DNA of 64,000 bases from a virus. The notes below the pieces were generated by a model that did no database searches, was not told where the DNA came from, and saw nothing but the letters and a program-made list of their open reading frames with translations. Shown one piece after another: positions 17,420 to 27,256 of this stretch. Each line of letters begins with the position of its first letter. Position 1 is the first letter of the stretch. The stretch covers positions 1 through 64,000 of IMG/VR virus record IMGVR_UViG_3300025101_000019. One strand, written 5' to 3'. Made by a program: the position numbers and the translations under genes.

Positions 17420-17965
17420 TTAAGCACTCAATTCTTTTAATTGTCGTGCAACTTTTAACATTCTTTCAGAAATCTTACCAAATCTTTTTTGAGTAGACTT
17501 CCAATACTGACCAGTATGTACACCCGTTTCAGTTTTTAGTTTAGAGTTCTGATTTACAATCTTTGTAATTTCCCACATCAATCTATTAATCTCTTTAATT
17601 GAAGTATTTACTTTTTGATGAGCTTTCATAGAGTCATCTCGTTTGTAATCACGATAACTAGCCTCAACTATTTTTTCTAACTTAGCTTCAATCTTACTAA
17701 CAGATTCTAATTTCTTAATATTCTTATTTGACTTCTTAGATTTCTTGTATCCAAATACTTCTATGTGGTCATTGTCCATATCGTCCTCACTTTTTGCAAA
17801 CGCATAAGGAGTTTTTGGTGGACCTGCACCACCATCTAAATTACCTGTAACATTGGCTTCATCTTTAGTTTCTTCTTCCTCTTCTTCTTGTCCAAGTAGA
17901 ACAGTTTTCTTTTCTTCCAATTCCTCGAATCTTTTATCGAGTTGTTCAAGTAAAAATTTAGACAT
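17420..17965 (-). CDS. Head-region hypothetical protein
   Basis: 181 aa with an MSKFLLE N-terminus and an AAGGAG SD. Confidence 0.6.
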   Translation of the reverse strand: MSKFLLEQLDKRFEELEEKKTVLLGQEEEEEETKDEANVTGNLDGGAGPPKTPYAFAKSEDDMDNDHIEVFGYKKSKKSNKNIKKLESVSKIEAKLEKIVEASYRDYKRDDSMKAHQKVNTSIKEINRLMWEITKIVNQNSKLKTETGVHTGQYWKSTQKRFGKISERMLKVARQLKELSA

Positions 17966-18802
17966 TTATCTTCTCCTTAATTCGTCAAGTAATTGATTAT
18001 ATCTTAATAGAGCTAATATTTGATTTTCGTTAACTACTTTATGCTTAGTTAACTCTTTTATAAGATTTATTGTTTCATTAAGTTTAATATTAGTAACTTT
18101 ATCGGAAATCTTAATAGATTTTAATTCTCTTTTCAATCTAGCTACCTCAGAAACAACAAATTTTCTTAAATTTTGAGAATTGTCAATGTTATTGATGTAA
18201 TTTTTCAATATAAGTTTTTGAGATTCTGAAAGAGTTGAGTATTTTGAATTAAACGAGTCTACTAAGAACTTATATGCTAATAGTCTAACCTCTTTTGGTT
18301 GTTTCTGATATTCTTTGTTAGATACATCCTCTGTTATTACAACTTTATCTGTTGTTATTGATTCAAAGATTGTATTCTTACACTCTACATATTCTTTTGG
18401 TGATTGTGATTCACTATTTTCAAATAATTTGTATGCAGATGCTAATTCTTTATAATTTGAAACTCTATATTTAAAAAAGTCTTCAATAAGATATGAATCT
18501 TTTATAGATTTGATTAAATTGTACTTTTCTCTTTTTAAAGTACCTTCAATTAACTTAGCTCGTTCTTTTAAAACAATGTTTAAGAACTCTTGTGCTTTAT
18601 ATTGAGAGTCAAAGTTCTCTTTTGTAAGAGCTTGATATAATTTTAGCTCTGTTGCGAGTTGAGAACCTTTTCTAAAGTGTTTTTTTATAATCTGAGTTGC
18701 ATAGCAGGTATTATCTGATAAAGTATCAGAGGCAATTTGTCGAACTAATAGTTCAAACAGAATTCCTGTGTTTTTAAATTTACTATGTTTTAATTTTCCC
18801 AT
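17966..18802 (-). CDS. Head-region hypothetical protein downstream of portal
   Basis: Likely start MGKLKHSKFKNTGILFELL at 18802 (AAGG SD, promoter motif at 18833-18840). Helical. Confidence 0.65.
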   Translation of the reverse strand: MGKLKHSKFKNTGILFELLVRQIASDTLSDNTCYATQIIKKHFRKGSQLATELKLYQALTKENFDSQYKAQEFLNIVLKERAKLIEGTLKREKYNLIKSIKDSYLIEDFFKYRVSNYKELASAYKLFENSESQSPKEYVECKNTIFESITTDKVVITEDVSNKEYQKQPKEVRLLAYKFLVDSFNSKYSTLSESQKLILKNYINNIDNSQNLRKFVVSEVARLKRELKSIKISDKVTNIKLNETINLIKELTKHKVVNENQILALLRYNQLLDELRRR

Positions 18803-18852
18803 TTTTATTACCTTAATTATTAACAACTACACTATAAATATCTAAAAAAAAA

Positions 18853-20766
18853 CTAAATCGTGTCATCTATTAAATTGTTCTCGTCTAACAACCCACCTTT
18901 ATCATTAGGTTTGGAGTCATCTTTCAAAGATTCAAGTATTACACTTCTTGTTTTTCTCTTCATCTTACTAAGACTACTTTTCATAGCTTCGGCTTGTTCA
19001 TATGCCAATGGTGATATCTTATGTTTACTATAAGATGTATCTGGCTTGGACGCTCTTCTATTCATTTTCTGTCCAATTGGGTCTCTTCCAAATGGATTAT
19101 CATCCGTTTTGTAGTTCCCTGCCTTTGGTGGTCTTCCCGCTCCATCAAATCCACCATCTGGTGCACCAGGAGGGTTACTTGGAACACCCGAATTACCATA
19201 TTCGTTTTGTGAACCTTCTTCACCATCACCATTTTGTTGTATCATAGCTAAATCATGTGGAGTACCAAACGACTCACCTGATTTTATTGGGTCATTACCT
19301 TCAGATTCTATCTGTTCATGTCTGAAACCTAACTTAAGGTCGTTTATTACCTTACCTTGTTCAAGTTTCCATTCATCGTCTGACATATTAAAGATGTTTT
19401 TATACACCCATTCTTGAGATACCATCTTAAGGTCTTTTAAATCACTTGCAAGTCTTGTTTTTTCAGTCCAAAGATTTGCTTTCTCTTGTTCGTATATGAT
19501 TGATGGGTTAGTCAACTCTAATTCAAAGTTAACTAAGTCTGCATTTTCATATCCTTGTGAGTATAAGTGAATGATTGCAATCTTTGTTAATTCAGATAGT
19601 ACAATTTTTTGTAATCTCTCAACAGTTCTTGCGAATCTAATATCTTCTTGTGCTAATGTTGCTTTACCTTCAACACCTTCTTCATATCCAATAAATGCTT
19701 TTGGAACTTTAAGTGCCGCCATCATTCTATTCTTTAGATATTCAATATCATCAATACCACCGAACTCCATTCCACTTAGGGAATCAATCTCAGTACCACT
19801 TTGTCCACCTCTAACAGGTAGATAGTAATCTTCTAACATATTTTGAAGGTTGAACTTAAGATTGTAGTCACCTGTATTTTGGTCGAGGTAAGGAACTTTC
19901 TTCATTTGGTCAATAATACTTCTCATGTGATTATCAACTTCATTAGGTGGAATGTTACCTACATCAATTTTGAATACTCTTTTCTCAGGCGCTCTCATAA
20001 TTCTATGAATCATCATTGCGTCTTCCATAAGAGTTAATTGTTTCCAAGTTTTTCTTGCACCTTCAATTAGAGAACGACCATATGGAAGGAAGTTTGTATC
20101 TGACATTAATCTAAAGTGTGCCATTTGATAAAACTCCATATAGTCTGCTTGTTTGTTAGATGCGACACCATGAGCTGCGCCAGCTGAACCTAACTTAAAT
20201 CTAACTTCATAAGGATTCTCTGGATTAAAACCTTCTTCTCTTTCTATTTCATATGCTGACATTGGTGATGCGTTTACAATACCCACACCTTCTTCAATAT
20301 CAAGATGTAAAAAGTAATCACCATATTTATTCATACCTCTAATCCAAGACCAAAGGTTAAACTCTATATTCAGTACATCATAGAAAAGGTTTTGTAATAT
20401 CTTTTTTACATTCTCGTCATTCGTCTTAATTCTAAGAACATCACCCATATCATTTTTTAGGGTACATTCATCCGAGTATATATCTAATACAGATGCGATG
20501 ATTGAATCTTTATCCATCGCTTCATAATCTGTATATAATTCTAATTTATTTGAATGGTAGTTGAATTGGTTATTGTAAGTTTCCCAATGCTTTCTTGTAG
20601 TGTGTAATCTACCGAACCTATCATAATAGGACGAACTCCTCAAGTTACCTTGTGATTGTAGTCTTTGAGTATCGATAGCTTGTGTGTTACCTTTACCAAT
20701 TCTACGAACAACAACTTGGGTGTTGAATAATTTCTTTAGTCTACCAAATAATGATTTATCTGCCAT
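18853..20766 (-). CDS. gp20: Portal protein (T4 gp20-like)
   Basis: LMEDAMMIHRIMRAPEKRVFKIDVGN, MLEDYYLPVRGG and ALKVPK motifs. Confidence 0.95.
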   Translation of the reverse strand: MADKSLFGRLKKLFNTQVVVRRIGKGNTQAIDTQRLQSQGNLRSSSYYDRFGRLHTTRKHWETYNNQFNYHSNKLELYTDYEAMDKDSIIASVLDIYSDECTLKNDMGDVLRIKTNDENVKKILQNLFYDVLNIEFNLWSWIRGMNKYGDYFLHLDIEEGVGIVNASPMSAYEIEREEGFNPENPYEVRFKLGSAGAAHGVASNKQADYMEFYQMAHFRLMSDTNFLPYGRSLIEGARKTWKQLTLMEDAMMIHRIMRAPEKRVFKIDVGNIPPNEVDNHMRSIIDQMKKVPYLDQNTGDYNLKFNLQNMLEDYYLPVRGGQSGTEIDSLSGMEFGGIDDIEYLKNRMMAALKVPKAFIGYEEGVEGKATLAQEDIRFARTVERLQKIVLSELTKIAIIHLYSQGYENADLVNFELELTNPSIIYEQEKANLWTEKTRLASDLKDLKMVSQEWVYKNIFNMSDDEWKLEQGKVINDLKLGFRHEQIESEGNDPIKSGESFGTPHDLAMIQQNGDGEEGSQNEYGNSGVPSNPPGAPDGGFDGAGRPPKAGNYKTDDNPFGRDPIGQKMNRRASKPDTSYSKHKISPLAYEQAEAMKSSLSKMKRKTRSVILESLKDDSKPNDKGGLLDENNLIDDTI

Positions 20767-20840
20767 ATTTTCTACTTCTAATTATATTGTATACTTATAC
20801 ATTCTATAAATATACAAAAAAAATAGTTTATTTCCAAATT

Positions 20841-22415
20841 TTATAACAACCAAGTTAAATCTTGGTCATTACCATGCTGGTCTTTCTGTTTCCAAGGGTC
20901 TATTCCAAGGTTTCTATTGTTATAAGCACCTGGTTGATTCCTTTTTATGTGGGTTAATGTAGTTCTTGTTAAGTCCATACCTTGTTGTCTTAACTTCAAT
21001 GCCGTATCTCTAACCCAAAGACCTGTTGAGAAAGATATTACTAAGTCATCATTATAACCTCGTTGAGCTTCTGCTCTACTACCATTCCATATAAAAACAA
21101 ACAACTCATCGATTAATCTTTTTGACCTAATCAATGGTGTTCGTTCTCTCATATAAGTATCTAATTTAGATATAACCAATGGACGAGTTCTACTTGTCAT
21201 TGAGAACCCAGGAACCATATCGTCTTTTCTTTTTAAATCAAAACCTTTTCTGAGATGAATATCTTCATCAACATAACCTAAATCTCTGTATGAATAATAT
21301 AGGTTTTGGTAGTTTCTATCTATAACTTCTTGAATTACTGCCCAACCAATGTTTGCGTTTTCAATTACAAGTAATGCATTGTTCCAATCAGTTGCAACCG
21401 ATGTTAAAAATGCACCATATTGTTTTGTTTCAATTTTACCTTTATATTCAGCAACTTGTTCCACAGTCTCAACATCAAAGACATGAAACGCAGAATAGTC
21501 AGTAGAATCCCCACGAGCAACATCAGCCACAACAACATAATCACGAGAATAGTTAGGGTAATCCCATAACCAATAATTACCATCAAAACCTCTTTTTTCA
21601 ATAGGGTCTTTAACATGCGTCTCTTCATACCATTTTAATGTTGAACCTTCTACTACTGTATAACCAGAACTGATAAAATCACAATCACATTCTTGTGCTG
21701 CTCCCTTTTCACCAAGTAACTTTGTTTGTTGTTCTCTCCATGCTTCATCTCTTTCTGGATGAACACTCCAATGTAGTTCTATCGGATTCCATTGTTCACC
21801 TGCTTGTCCTTGTAACCATATTTTGTGAAAAAAGTTACCGACACCATTTGGTGTAGATAATACGATTGCCCCACCACCAGTTGATAGTGTTGATTGTGCA
21901 GATGTCCAAATTTCTTCTACATTATCGATAAACGCAGCTTCATCAATTACCAATAAAGATAATGCTTCAGAACGACCTGCGTCACCTGCAGCAGATGTTG
22001 CTTTTATCTGAGAACCATTTCTAAGTCTTAATGATAACTTGTTATCTTCCTCAGTATTACCTCTTAACCAAGATGGTAAGTTCTGATGCATGAATCTAAC
22101 TTTGGTAACTAAGTTTTTTGCAACCTCTTGTTTAGTTGCAATTACTAATACATTTTTATCTTCATGAAATAACATAAGCCAGAGAGAATATCCGGCTGAT
22201 AGTGTTGATATACCTAATTGTCGTGATTTAAGAATTACATTAAATCTATTATCGGAAACTGCCGACATTAAGTCTTCTTGGAAGTCGTATAAATTAAAAA
22301 GAATTTTACCACGAGATGGGTGTTGAATATAACAATACTTTCTAAAAAAATAGACGGGGTCTTTAGCACACTTTAAGTACTCTTCCTTTATGATTTGTTT
22401 GATATTCTTTTGCAT
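20841..22415 (-). CDS. gp17: Terminase large subunit (T4 gp17-like)
   Basis: KSRQLGIST Walker A, LVIDEAAF Walker B, STPNG, ADVARG and NDDLV nuclease motifs. Confidence 0.95.
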   Translation of the reverse strand: MQKNIKQIIKEEYLKCAKDPVYFFRKYCYIQHPSRGKILFNLYDFQEDLMSAVSDNRFNVILKSRQLGISTLSAGYSLWLMLFHEDKNVLVIATKQEVAKNLVTKVRFMHQNLPSWLRGNTEEDNKLSLRLRNGSQIKATSAAGDAGRSEALSLLVIDEAAFIDNVEEIWTSAQSTLSTGGGAIVLSTPNGVGNFFHKIWLQGQAGEQWNPIELHWSVHPERDEAWREQQTKLLGEKGAAQECDCDFISSGYTVVEGSTLKWYEETHVKDPIEKRGFDGNYWLWDYPNYSRDYVVVADVARGDSTDYSAFHVFDVETVEQVAEYKGKIETKQYGAFLTSVATDWNNALLVIENANIGWAVIQEVIDRNYQNLYYSYRDLGYVDEDIHLRKGFDLKRKDDMVPGFSMTSRTRPLVISKLDTYMRERTPLIRSKRLIDELFVFIWNGSRAEAQRGYNDDLVISFSTGLWVRDTALKLRQQGMDLTRTTLTHIKRNQPGAYNNRNLGIDPWKQKDQHGNDQDLTWLL

Positions 22416-22419
22416 ACAT

Positions 22420-23031
22420 TTACTTTTTCCCCTTGAACGAGATTTTCCAATAGACTCTACCGATTACTATTGGTTGGAAGTTCTGATTAACACCAAGCCC
22501 TACTCCATATACATTATCTTTTTTAGATTTGTAAAGTAAGTCTCCAGATAAAAAGTTTATTTGCTTAGAATTACCACCGACACTTACCCCACCAAACAAT
22601 TTTGGTTTATTGAGGTAAATGTCATTAGTAATGGTTGTAGTTGGTATTAATACTTGGGAGTCAAAGTTTCTACTAAATATCTTGTTTTGAGATATTGTAT
22701 CTATAATAGTAATGTAACCCAACGAATCTAACTTAAGAGTATCTTGATAGACATATTTGCTATAATAATCTTTTAAGATTTCGAGGGTGTCGATTTTAGT
22801 TTTTAATACTACTGTATCTGTAACAGTCTTTGTCTCTATTCTTGTTTTGTATTTTGGTACATAAACTTTTTTTTCTACTGTTAGAGTGTCATATCGTGTT
22901 TCGATTTTAGTAACAATCTTTTCAGTAGTAACATCGTCACCACCACCACAAGTTTTGAGTAAGACAAGTATACAGAGGACAATAATTATTAAGTTTTGGA
23001 GTTTTGTTCCAGCCTTTTTAAATAGTCCCAT
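22420..23031 (-). CDS. Membrane-anchored/lipoprotein-like protein, possibly lysis-related
   Basis: Hydrophobic N-terminus ending in LLKTC-GGG, DT-rich stalk, and amphipathic C-terminal beta strands. Confidence 0.5.
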   Translation of the reverse strand: MGLFKKAGTKLQNLIIIVLCILVLLKTCGGGDDVTTEKIVTKIETRYDTLTVEKKVYVPKYKTRIETKTVTDTVVLKTKIDTLEILKDYYSKYVYQDTLKLDSLGYITIIDTISQNKIFSRNFDSQVLIPTTTITNDIYLNKPKLFGGVSVGGNSKQINFLSGDLLYKSKKDNVYGVGLGVNQNFQPIVIGRVYWKISFKGKK

Positions 23032-23051
23032 TACTATGTACTCCTATGAGT

Positions 23052-23426
23052 TTATTTTTTTCCGCGTCCTCTACCTGAACCTGAACCTGAAGATTTTCTT
23101 CCTCTTCCTCTACCTGAACCTGAACCTGAACTTGCTTTACGAGGTTTTCTACCTTTTCGGTTTTTACCTTTTGCAGCTGAGACAACATCTTTAGTTTGTT
23201 TACCGACTTCTTTTACTGCGTCAGCAACATCACCGAGCTCTTCTTTAACTCTTTTTGCTCTTCTCTTTACTTCTTTAGCAACTTTTTTAGCGTCTTCGAT
23301 AGTATCTTCTACTTCATCTGGAATGTAGTCACCATCTCTGTCGTTAATTTTACCTTGCTTGTAAAAGTAATAGTATACACCTGCTCCGACAAGTAGTACA
23401 CCTAAAATAATAAAAATTGTAGTCAT
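23052..23426 (-). CDS. Membrane protein with a DxDxD loop and a basic GS/RG-repeat tail
   Basis: N-terminal TM helix, DRDGDYIPD, and two copies of SGSGSGRG (24-nt repeats at 23068-23091 and 23107-23130). Confidence 0.7.
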   Translation of the reverse strand: MTTIFIILGVLLVGAGVYYYFYKQGKINDRDGDYIPDEVEDTIEDAKKVAKEVKRRAKRVKEELGDVADAVKEVGKQTKDVVSAAKGKNRKGRKPRKASSGSGSGRGRGRKSSGSGSGRGRGKK

Positions 23427-23470
23427 AATTTTTCCGTTTTATTTGATTATTAATTAAACTTTGATTACTA

Positions 23471-23495
23471 ATATAAATATGTAAATTAATTTAAT
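23471..23495. repeat. 25-bp direct repeat, copy 1 (contains the promoter motif)
   Basis: ATATAAATATGTAAATTAATTTAAT, identical to 24523-24547. Confidence 0.9.
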
Positions 23496-24504
23496 TAGTT
23501 GATTTTGGGATTTCTCTACAATTATCTTCTAACTTTTCTAAGATATCGTAGTACTCATCTTTTTTAAGAAGTTGAATGAAATCGTTATTTGCTCCAATCA
23601 AATCTTCTTTAATTTTATTCCAAACTTCATATAGTTCGGGTTTGTTTTCTTTTTCAGCTTTGTCATAAAATGTTTTTGCACCCCATAGATGAAATATCTG
23701 TGCACCCAACTCTTTCATAACTTGTGCTGATGGTATATTCCAAATTTGGTGTTGAAATCCTAATGGCGTTGATAATGCGTTAGTTAATGACTGAGACTGA
23801 AATGGGGTTTCTCTTGATATTCGTGCACCAGTATTATCATATTCTTCTTGGAACATCATAGCACTTAGTAACCATTGTTCGATTGTAATTTGTGGTGCAG
23901 TACTATCTGTAAACTCCGATTTTTCGAAAAACTTTTCAGAATAACCACCTTTATTATTTAGAACAAATCTAAAGTACTTGTCTGTATACTTTTTTAAAAA
24001 TTCAATATCTGTAAAACAAATAGCTGCACAATTTGCAGGCATTGTGTTTATAAATGCCATCACATCCCAATCAGTCCACTTAAAAGCGTTTGGTTTATTT
24101 AAGACTGATGGAAATGCGTATGTTGTTGGTGATTCTGTATGTAAGAATGATACTTGTGCTCTTTCTAATATATCAGGTGTTATGTTGTGTAGTACTAAAT
24201 CAGTATCTAACATAAGGAAAGGTTCTTCTTGGTGTTTCATTACCCATAACTTTGGCGAAGACCAATAATCTTTAGAAATCTTATCACTTGGATATTTGTC
24301 AAGTACCTCAGTATTGACTTCATCATATAAAGTATCCATACCAAATTTTTTATACTCGTTTAAAGTATAAGTGTCTACATACAACATGATTTTTTCAGAG
24401 GGACTTGATACCCTGAGTTTTACAACACTAAGTAATTGTGTTAGGAGTTCTAAGTCGTTAAAGGATTTACCCTCTTCGAGCTTATAAGTGTGAATGTACT
24501 TCAT
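23491..24504 (-). CDS. Putative glycosyltransferase-like protein (DUF6734-like)
   Basis: WSSPKL, FLMLDTDL (DxD), IEQWLL and FHLWG motifs. The family call is from memory. Confidence 0.55.
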   Translation of the reverse strand: MKYIHTYKLEEGKSFNDLELLTQLLSVVKLRVSSPSEKIMLYVDTYTLNEYKKFGMDTLYDEVNTEVLDKYPSDKISKDYWSSPKLWVMKHQEEPFLMLDTDLVLHNITPDILERAQVSFLHTESPTTYAFPSVLNKPNAFKWTDWDVMAFINTMPANCAAICFTDIEFLKKYTDKYFRFVLNNKGGYSEKFFEKSEFTDSTAPQITIEQWLLSAMMFQEEYDNTGARISRETPFQSQSLTNALSTPLGFQHQIWNIPSAQVMKELGAQIFHLWGAKTFYDKAEKENKPELYEVWNKIKEDLIGANNDFIQLLKKDEYYDILEKLEDNCREIPKSTN

Positions 24505-24522
24505 AACTTGTTTTTTAGTTTT

Positions 24523-24547
24523 ATATAAATATGTAAATTAATTTAAT
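24523..24547. repeat. 25-bp direct repeat, copy 2
   Basis: Identical to 23471-23495. Confidence 0.9.
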
Positions 24548-24555
24548 GAAATTGA

Positions 24556-26478
24556 TTACCATTTTTTACAAGACCAATATCTTGCTTTATGTCTCGGTCC
24601 AGGATTATCACAATTGTGTCTTGCTCTAAATGCTTTTCTTCTTTCAGGATTATTTTTTTTGATAGACATTGTCTTTTCATTTCCCTTACCTTTGTGACCA
24701 AAGTTTACTTTCACTACATTTCCTTTTGGATTCTTAACATAGACTTTAAACTTTTTAACATCACCTTGCATTATTTTACCAAGCTTGACATCTCTACCCT
24801 GATACTCTGCTTCTTGTAAAGTTGGGTTAAGTGCGTAAATGTCACTATTCTGTTCCTTCATGAATTCTATAAACTCTTTGACATCTTGATAATTTTCTAC
24901 ATCATATTCTTCAATTGATTCTTTTTTCTTTTTACCCTTTTCTTCATATCCATTTGCGAATGCCGCTTTTCTTTGAGCGTCTGATGAAAATCCCTCGTAG
25001 ATAGATTTAAGATACTTTAAAAACTCTTTGTCTTTTCTCATGTCTTTAAAGTCTGGGTCTGAAAATACATTCTTGATAAAATCTCTCGCGTCTTTAGAAT
25101 CTTGTCTAATTTGGTCGATTACTTTAAACATACCTTCGTTTACTGATTCTTTTACAAATCCTTCTTTGAATAAAATTTTACCTGTTCTATCTTCAATTGC
25201 GATAGTTGCTCGTGGGTATCCACCTTGCATCATTCTAAATGCTGCTGGGACTGCCATTGGTGTTTTTACTAATTCTTGTTTTACAACCTTACCTAACATA
25301 GTTGCCACAATACTAACAGGATAACTTCCTTTTTTAGCTGCTTTATGTATGATTGCAAGGCCTGTTGATTCATCTATTGATTCATGCATATCTTCGATGG
25401 TAGCTGCCATATCACCAATAGCCATAGTTACATTTCCGTTTCTTTGATATAGATAATACTTAACACCTTTTGGATTCGCCGGATTTTGTAGAATGATTCT
25501 TTCTACTTTTTGTTTACCAACTAAAGTTTTTCCTTTGGATACTACAAATTCCTTTTCAACTCCACCCCTCATTGATGAACCATACTTAATCGTAATCTTA
25601 TCACCTTTTTTGAGTTTATCGTAAACCTTTAATCTTTTTTTCATATCCATAGATTTAGCTTCGTTTACTGATTCTTTTATAGGATTCATATCTTTATCAG
25701 TTACATAATATGCAGTCATCTGTCCACCCATTGAACCACCTCTCTCCAGTTTTTCAATTTCTTTTTGAGCATCTTTGTAAGATTTGAATACTTTAGGTGG
25801 TAATTTTTTATCTCTTTTTAAATCATATCCACCAACTAAAGATTTACCTTGTCCTCTACCTAAGTTACGAGTAATGTAAAATTTAGCTTCGTTTACTGAT
25901 TCATCCATTACATCATACATCTTACTATTTCTACCAATTGATACAAGAGTTAAATCTTTGTGTTTCTTACTTAACTTAGCTAATTCTTTTTTTGCTTTGT
26001 TGATATCACCATCGCCTGGTCTGCTACCACCATCTCGGTAATAGATTTTACCATAGTCTTGTTTGTTTTTATCAAACTTATCTACTATCACTAATAATTC
26101 GTTTACTGATTCTTTTCTAACCTTAGCTACTTTAAATGCAACATTAACCATTTTAGGTAAAGAAAGCTTTCCGAAGTTTTTCTTGTTTGAATCATTGATT
26201 GCGTCATATACTGCAATTACTGCTGATGCTGAGAATGAATCAACTCTCATCTTTTTACCACTTACTGGGTCTTTGATTTTTGCGTTTTGTTTATTCTTAA
26301 GAATATCTCTTAATTGAGAAATTACCTCAGGTTCTTTAACTTCGTTTACAAATGATTTTGCATAGGGATTAGAAATCACTTTACCTAACTCAGGTGTGAA
26401 TCCATATTTGTATTCCATGAATGACTTAACATTTTGATATTCTTCTTTTATAATACTCTTGAGTTGTTTTTTATTCAT
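24556..26478 (-). CDS. Modular basic polyprotein with ESVNE linkers (putative capsid cargo)
   Basis: 640 aa. ESVNE occurs four times, plus SFVNE, ESIDE, ESIEE and LQE. The C-terminal module is KKFKVYV...FRARHNC...ARYWSC. Confidence 0.7.
   Translation of the reverse strand: MNKKQLKSIIKEEYQNVKSFMEYKYGFTPELGKVISNPYAKSFVNEVKEPEVISQLRDILKNKQNAKIKDPVSGKKMRVDSFSASAVIAVYDAINDSNKKNFGKLSLPKMVNVAFKVAKVRKESVNELLVIVDKFDKNKQDYGKIYYRDGGSRPGDGDINKAKKELAKLSKKHKDLTLVSIGRNSKMYDVMDESVNEAKFYITRNLGRGQGKSLVGGYDLKRDKKLPPKVFKSYKDAQKEIEKLERGGSMGGQMTAYYVTDKDMNPIKESVNEAKSMDMKKRLKVYDKLKKGDKITIKYGSSMRGGVEKEFVVSKGKTLVGKQKVERIILQNPANPKGVKYYLYQRNGNVTMAIGDMAATIEDMHESIDESTGLAIIHKAAKKGSYPVSIVATMLGKVVKQELVKTPMAVPAAFRMMQGGYPRATIAIEDRTGKILFKEGFVKESVNEGMFKVIDQIRQDSKDARDFIKNVFSDPDFKDMRKDKEFLKYLKSIYEGFSSDAQRKAAFANGYEEKGKKKKESIEEYDVENYQDVKEFIEFMKEQNSDIYALNPTLQEAEYQGRDVKLGKIMQGDVKKFKVYVKNPKGNVVKVNFGHKGKGNEKTMSIKKNNPERRKAFRARHNCDNPGPRHKARYWSCKKW
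25135..26116 (-). repeat. Four dispersed exact 15-nt repeats GAATCAGTAAACGAA (ESVNE)
   Basis: Plus-strand TTCGTTTACTGATTC starts at 25135, 25660, 25888 and 26098. Pairs of copies extend to 19-22 nt of identity. Confidence 0.9.
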
Positions 26479-26486
26479 GATGTCCC

Positions 26487-27254
26487 TTAGTCTATTGTTT
26501 TTGGAAACTTAGTTTTCTTAGCTAAATCTAAAAGTTTTTTTAAGTCTTCAGGATTATTTCTGTTGAATTTATCTGCGTTCTTTTTGTTTTTGAAAATTGC
26601 TGATACTTTCTTTCCGTTATCATCAATCATAATGATAATACCATTTTTACCAACATGCCTTTCATCAAATACAGATACCTTTTCTTCAATAGTCTCTTCT
26701 ACATTTTCTTTTGTAGTTCTCCAACCACCACCTGCGGCTTTATATTGTTTTGCCGCCCATGCGTTTGCGTATGCTGATGGATATACATCAAACTTCTTTT
26801 TAGCTTGTGATTTGTAGTAAGACCATTTAGATGGATTTGTAGGGACATTCTTTTCAACAAGAACAGATAAGTTTTCTAATAATTTGTGTTCTTTATTTAG
26901 AGATTCATTTTTAAGGTCTTCAATTTTTGAACCAAGAGGTCTACCTACATACATTGATACAAAGAATCCGATTGCATCAAGAATGTCGTGTCCATCCCAT
27001 TTTGCGGCTGCGGCGATGTCCATTCCTTTAGACTCAAGACTATCTTCCCACTCTCTCTTACCAAAGTATTTTGCACCTTTAGCTTTTGGAAAAAGTTTAT
27101 CTACTTTCTTAGATGTACTATGAAAGTTTGCATCTGTTAATGCACCTTTCAAAATAAACATAATAGCGTGATGTGCTTCTGGTGAGGACGCACTTGTTCC
27201 TTTAAAATATGCGTCTAAGTCTTTTTTTACTTTTTTATTTAATCTTGGATTCAT
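26487..27254 (-). CDS. Modular basic protein (putative capsid cargo)
   Basis: Modules are separated by LKNE/LLE/LVE/IEE. Contains a YPSAYANAWAAKQYKAAGGGW module. Confidence 0.65.
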   Translation of the reverse strand: MNPRLNKKVKKDLDAYFKGTSASSPEAHHAIMFILKGALTDANFHSTSKKVDKLFPKAKGAKYFGKREWEDSLESKGMDIAAAAKWDGHDILDAIGFFVSMYVGRPLGSKIEDLKNESLNKEHKLLENLSVLVEKNVPTNPSKWSYYKSQAKKKFDVYPSAYANAWAAKQYKAAGGGWRTTKENVEETIEEKVSVFDERHVGKNGIIIMIDDNGKKVSAIFKNKKNADKFNRNNPEDLKKLLDLAKKTKFPKTID

Positions 27255-27256
27255 TG

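Noticed and set aside
22380-22415. Terminase N-terminus (IKQIIKEE) as a cargo tag
   Set aside because: It fits the ordinary helix preceding the KC..DP.YF motif of gp17-like terminases, so the resemblance is probably coincidental.
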